Source: Octopus sinensis (lineage: Eukaryota). Taken from it: a stretch of DNA of 64,000 bases. The stretch is taken from the NCBI RefSeq assembly GCF_006345805.1, contig NC_042999.1, positions 10,478,001 through 10,542,000 of the forward strand, given 5' to 3'. This document shows, one piece after another, positions 63,401 to 64,000 of the stretch; position 1 is the stretch's first letter; each line of letters starts with the position of its first letter. The notes under the pieces are model-generated. The model searched no databases and was not told the DNA's origin. It saw nothing but the letters and a program-made list of their open reading frames with translations. A program made the position numbers and the translations under genes.

Positions 63401-63619
63401 AATTTGAGGACATGCACCTCTTATAGGGATGGTCCCATCCAAGTTACACTGGTTTAATATACATTATACTTTGAAGAGTATTTACTCTTCAGTAAATATA
63501 TTATAAATATCCTATATTATTAAGAATGTCTCAACCAATCAACATGTGACTTCGTTAATGTCCTTCCACCCTCATCATATTTCACTCAAAATCTTCAAAA
63601 TGCTTACTTATTATTATTA

Positions 63620-63981
63620 TTACCTCTGCCTTAGCGAAGGCGGAGGTATAGTTTCCAGTTGTGTTTGTTTGTCCATGGACAAGATATCTCAAGAACCACT
63701 GGATGGATTCAGATGAAACATTGAGATGTTTTGCCTCGGGACTGACACAAACTAATTAGATTTTGGGATTGATTCAGTACCGGAGAAGGATTCTGGATTA
63801 TTTTTCTGTTTTTTTTTTACTTAATTTTTGAGAGCGGTTGGATTCATTCTTAATATTCTCGTTTGTGAGAGCAGTCGAGTTTATTTCAGATATTCTCATT
63901 TTAAAAATCATCTCTGGCTAATCATTGAGAGGACGTTGGTGTTATGTTGGTGGAGGTTTGCGTTCTCTGAGTGTTCTTGTT
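63620..63981 (+). mobile_element. Second copy of the HINE/DINE-1-like element
   Basis: Homologous to 57059-57368, with an extra internal segment. Confidence 0.8.
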
Positions 63982-64000
63982 GTATATGTTTTCTAATTTG

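Overview
AT-rich, repeat-dense animal genomic DNA. The repeat families look like those of Octopus (coleoid cephalopod); this is inferred from recalled repeat sequences, not from a search. The window is dominated by one intron-rich plus-strand gene, an HPS3 orthologue (Hermansky-Pudlak syndrome 3, BLOC-2 subunit). I reconstructed 19 coding exons by hand from 3668 to 62166: all GT-AG, all phase-compatible, 2841 nt = 947 codons with no stop. The C-terminus lies beyond the window. The introns hold RTE-, CR1-, R4/Dong- and Tx1-like LINE relics, two Penelope-like (GIY-YIG) fragments, tRNA-derived SINEs, mariner/piggyBac/hAT MITEs, two Helentron-type HINEs, a 24-bp minisatellite and a compound microsatellite. 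The most interesting unannotated signal is a set of type-I hammerhead ribozyme motifs. A ~335-bp tandem repeat carries a hammerhead at its unit junctions (retrozyme-like, 7.4-8.7 kb, with a dispersed inverted copy at 37.1-37.4 kb), and further hammerheads lie at 24.07, 27.73 and 62.92 kb. Also notable are a PHD finger embedded inside an RTE reverse transcriptase and a near-perfect 144-bp intronic hairpin.
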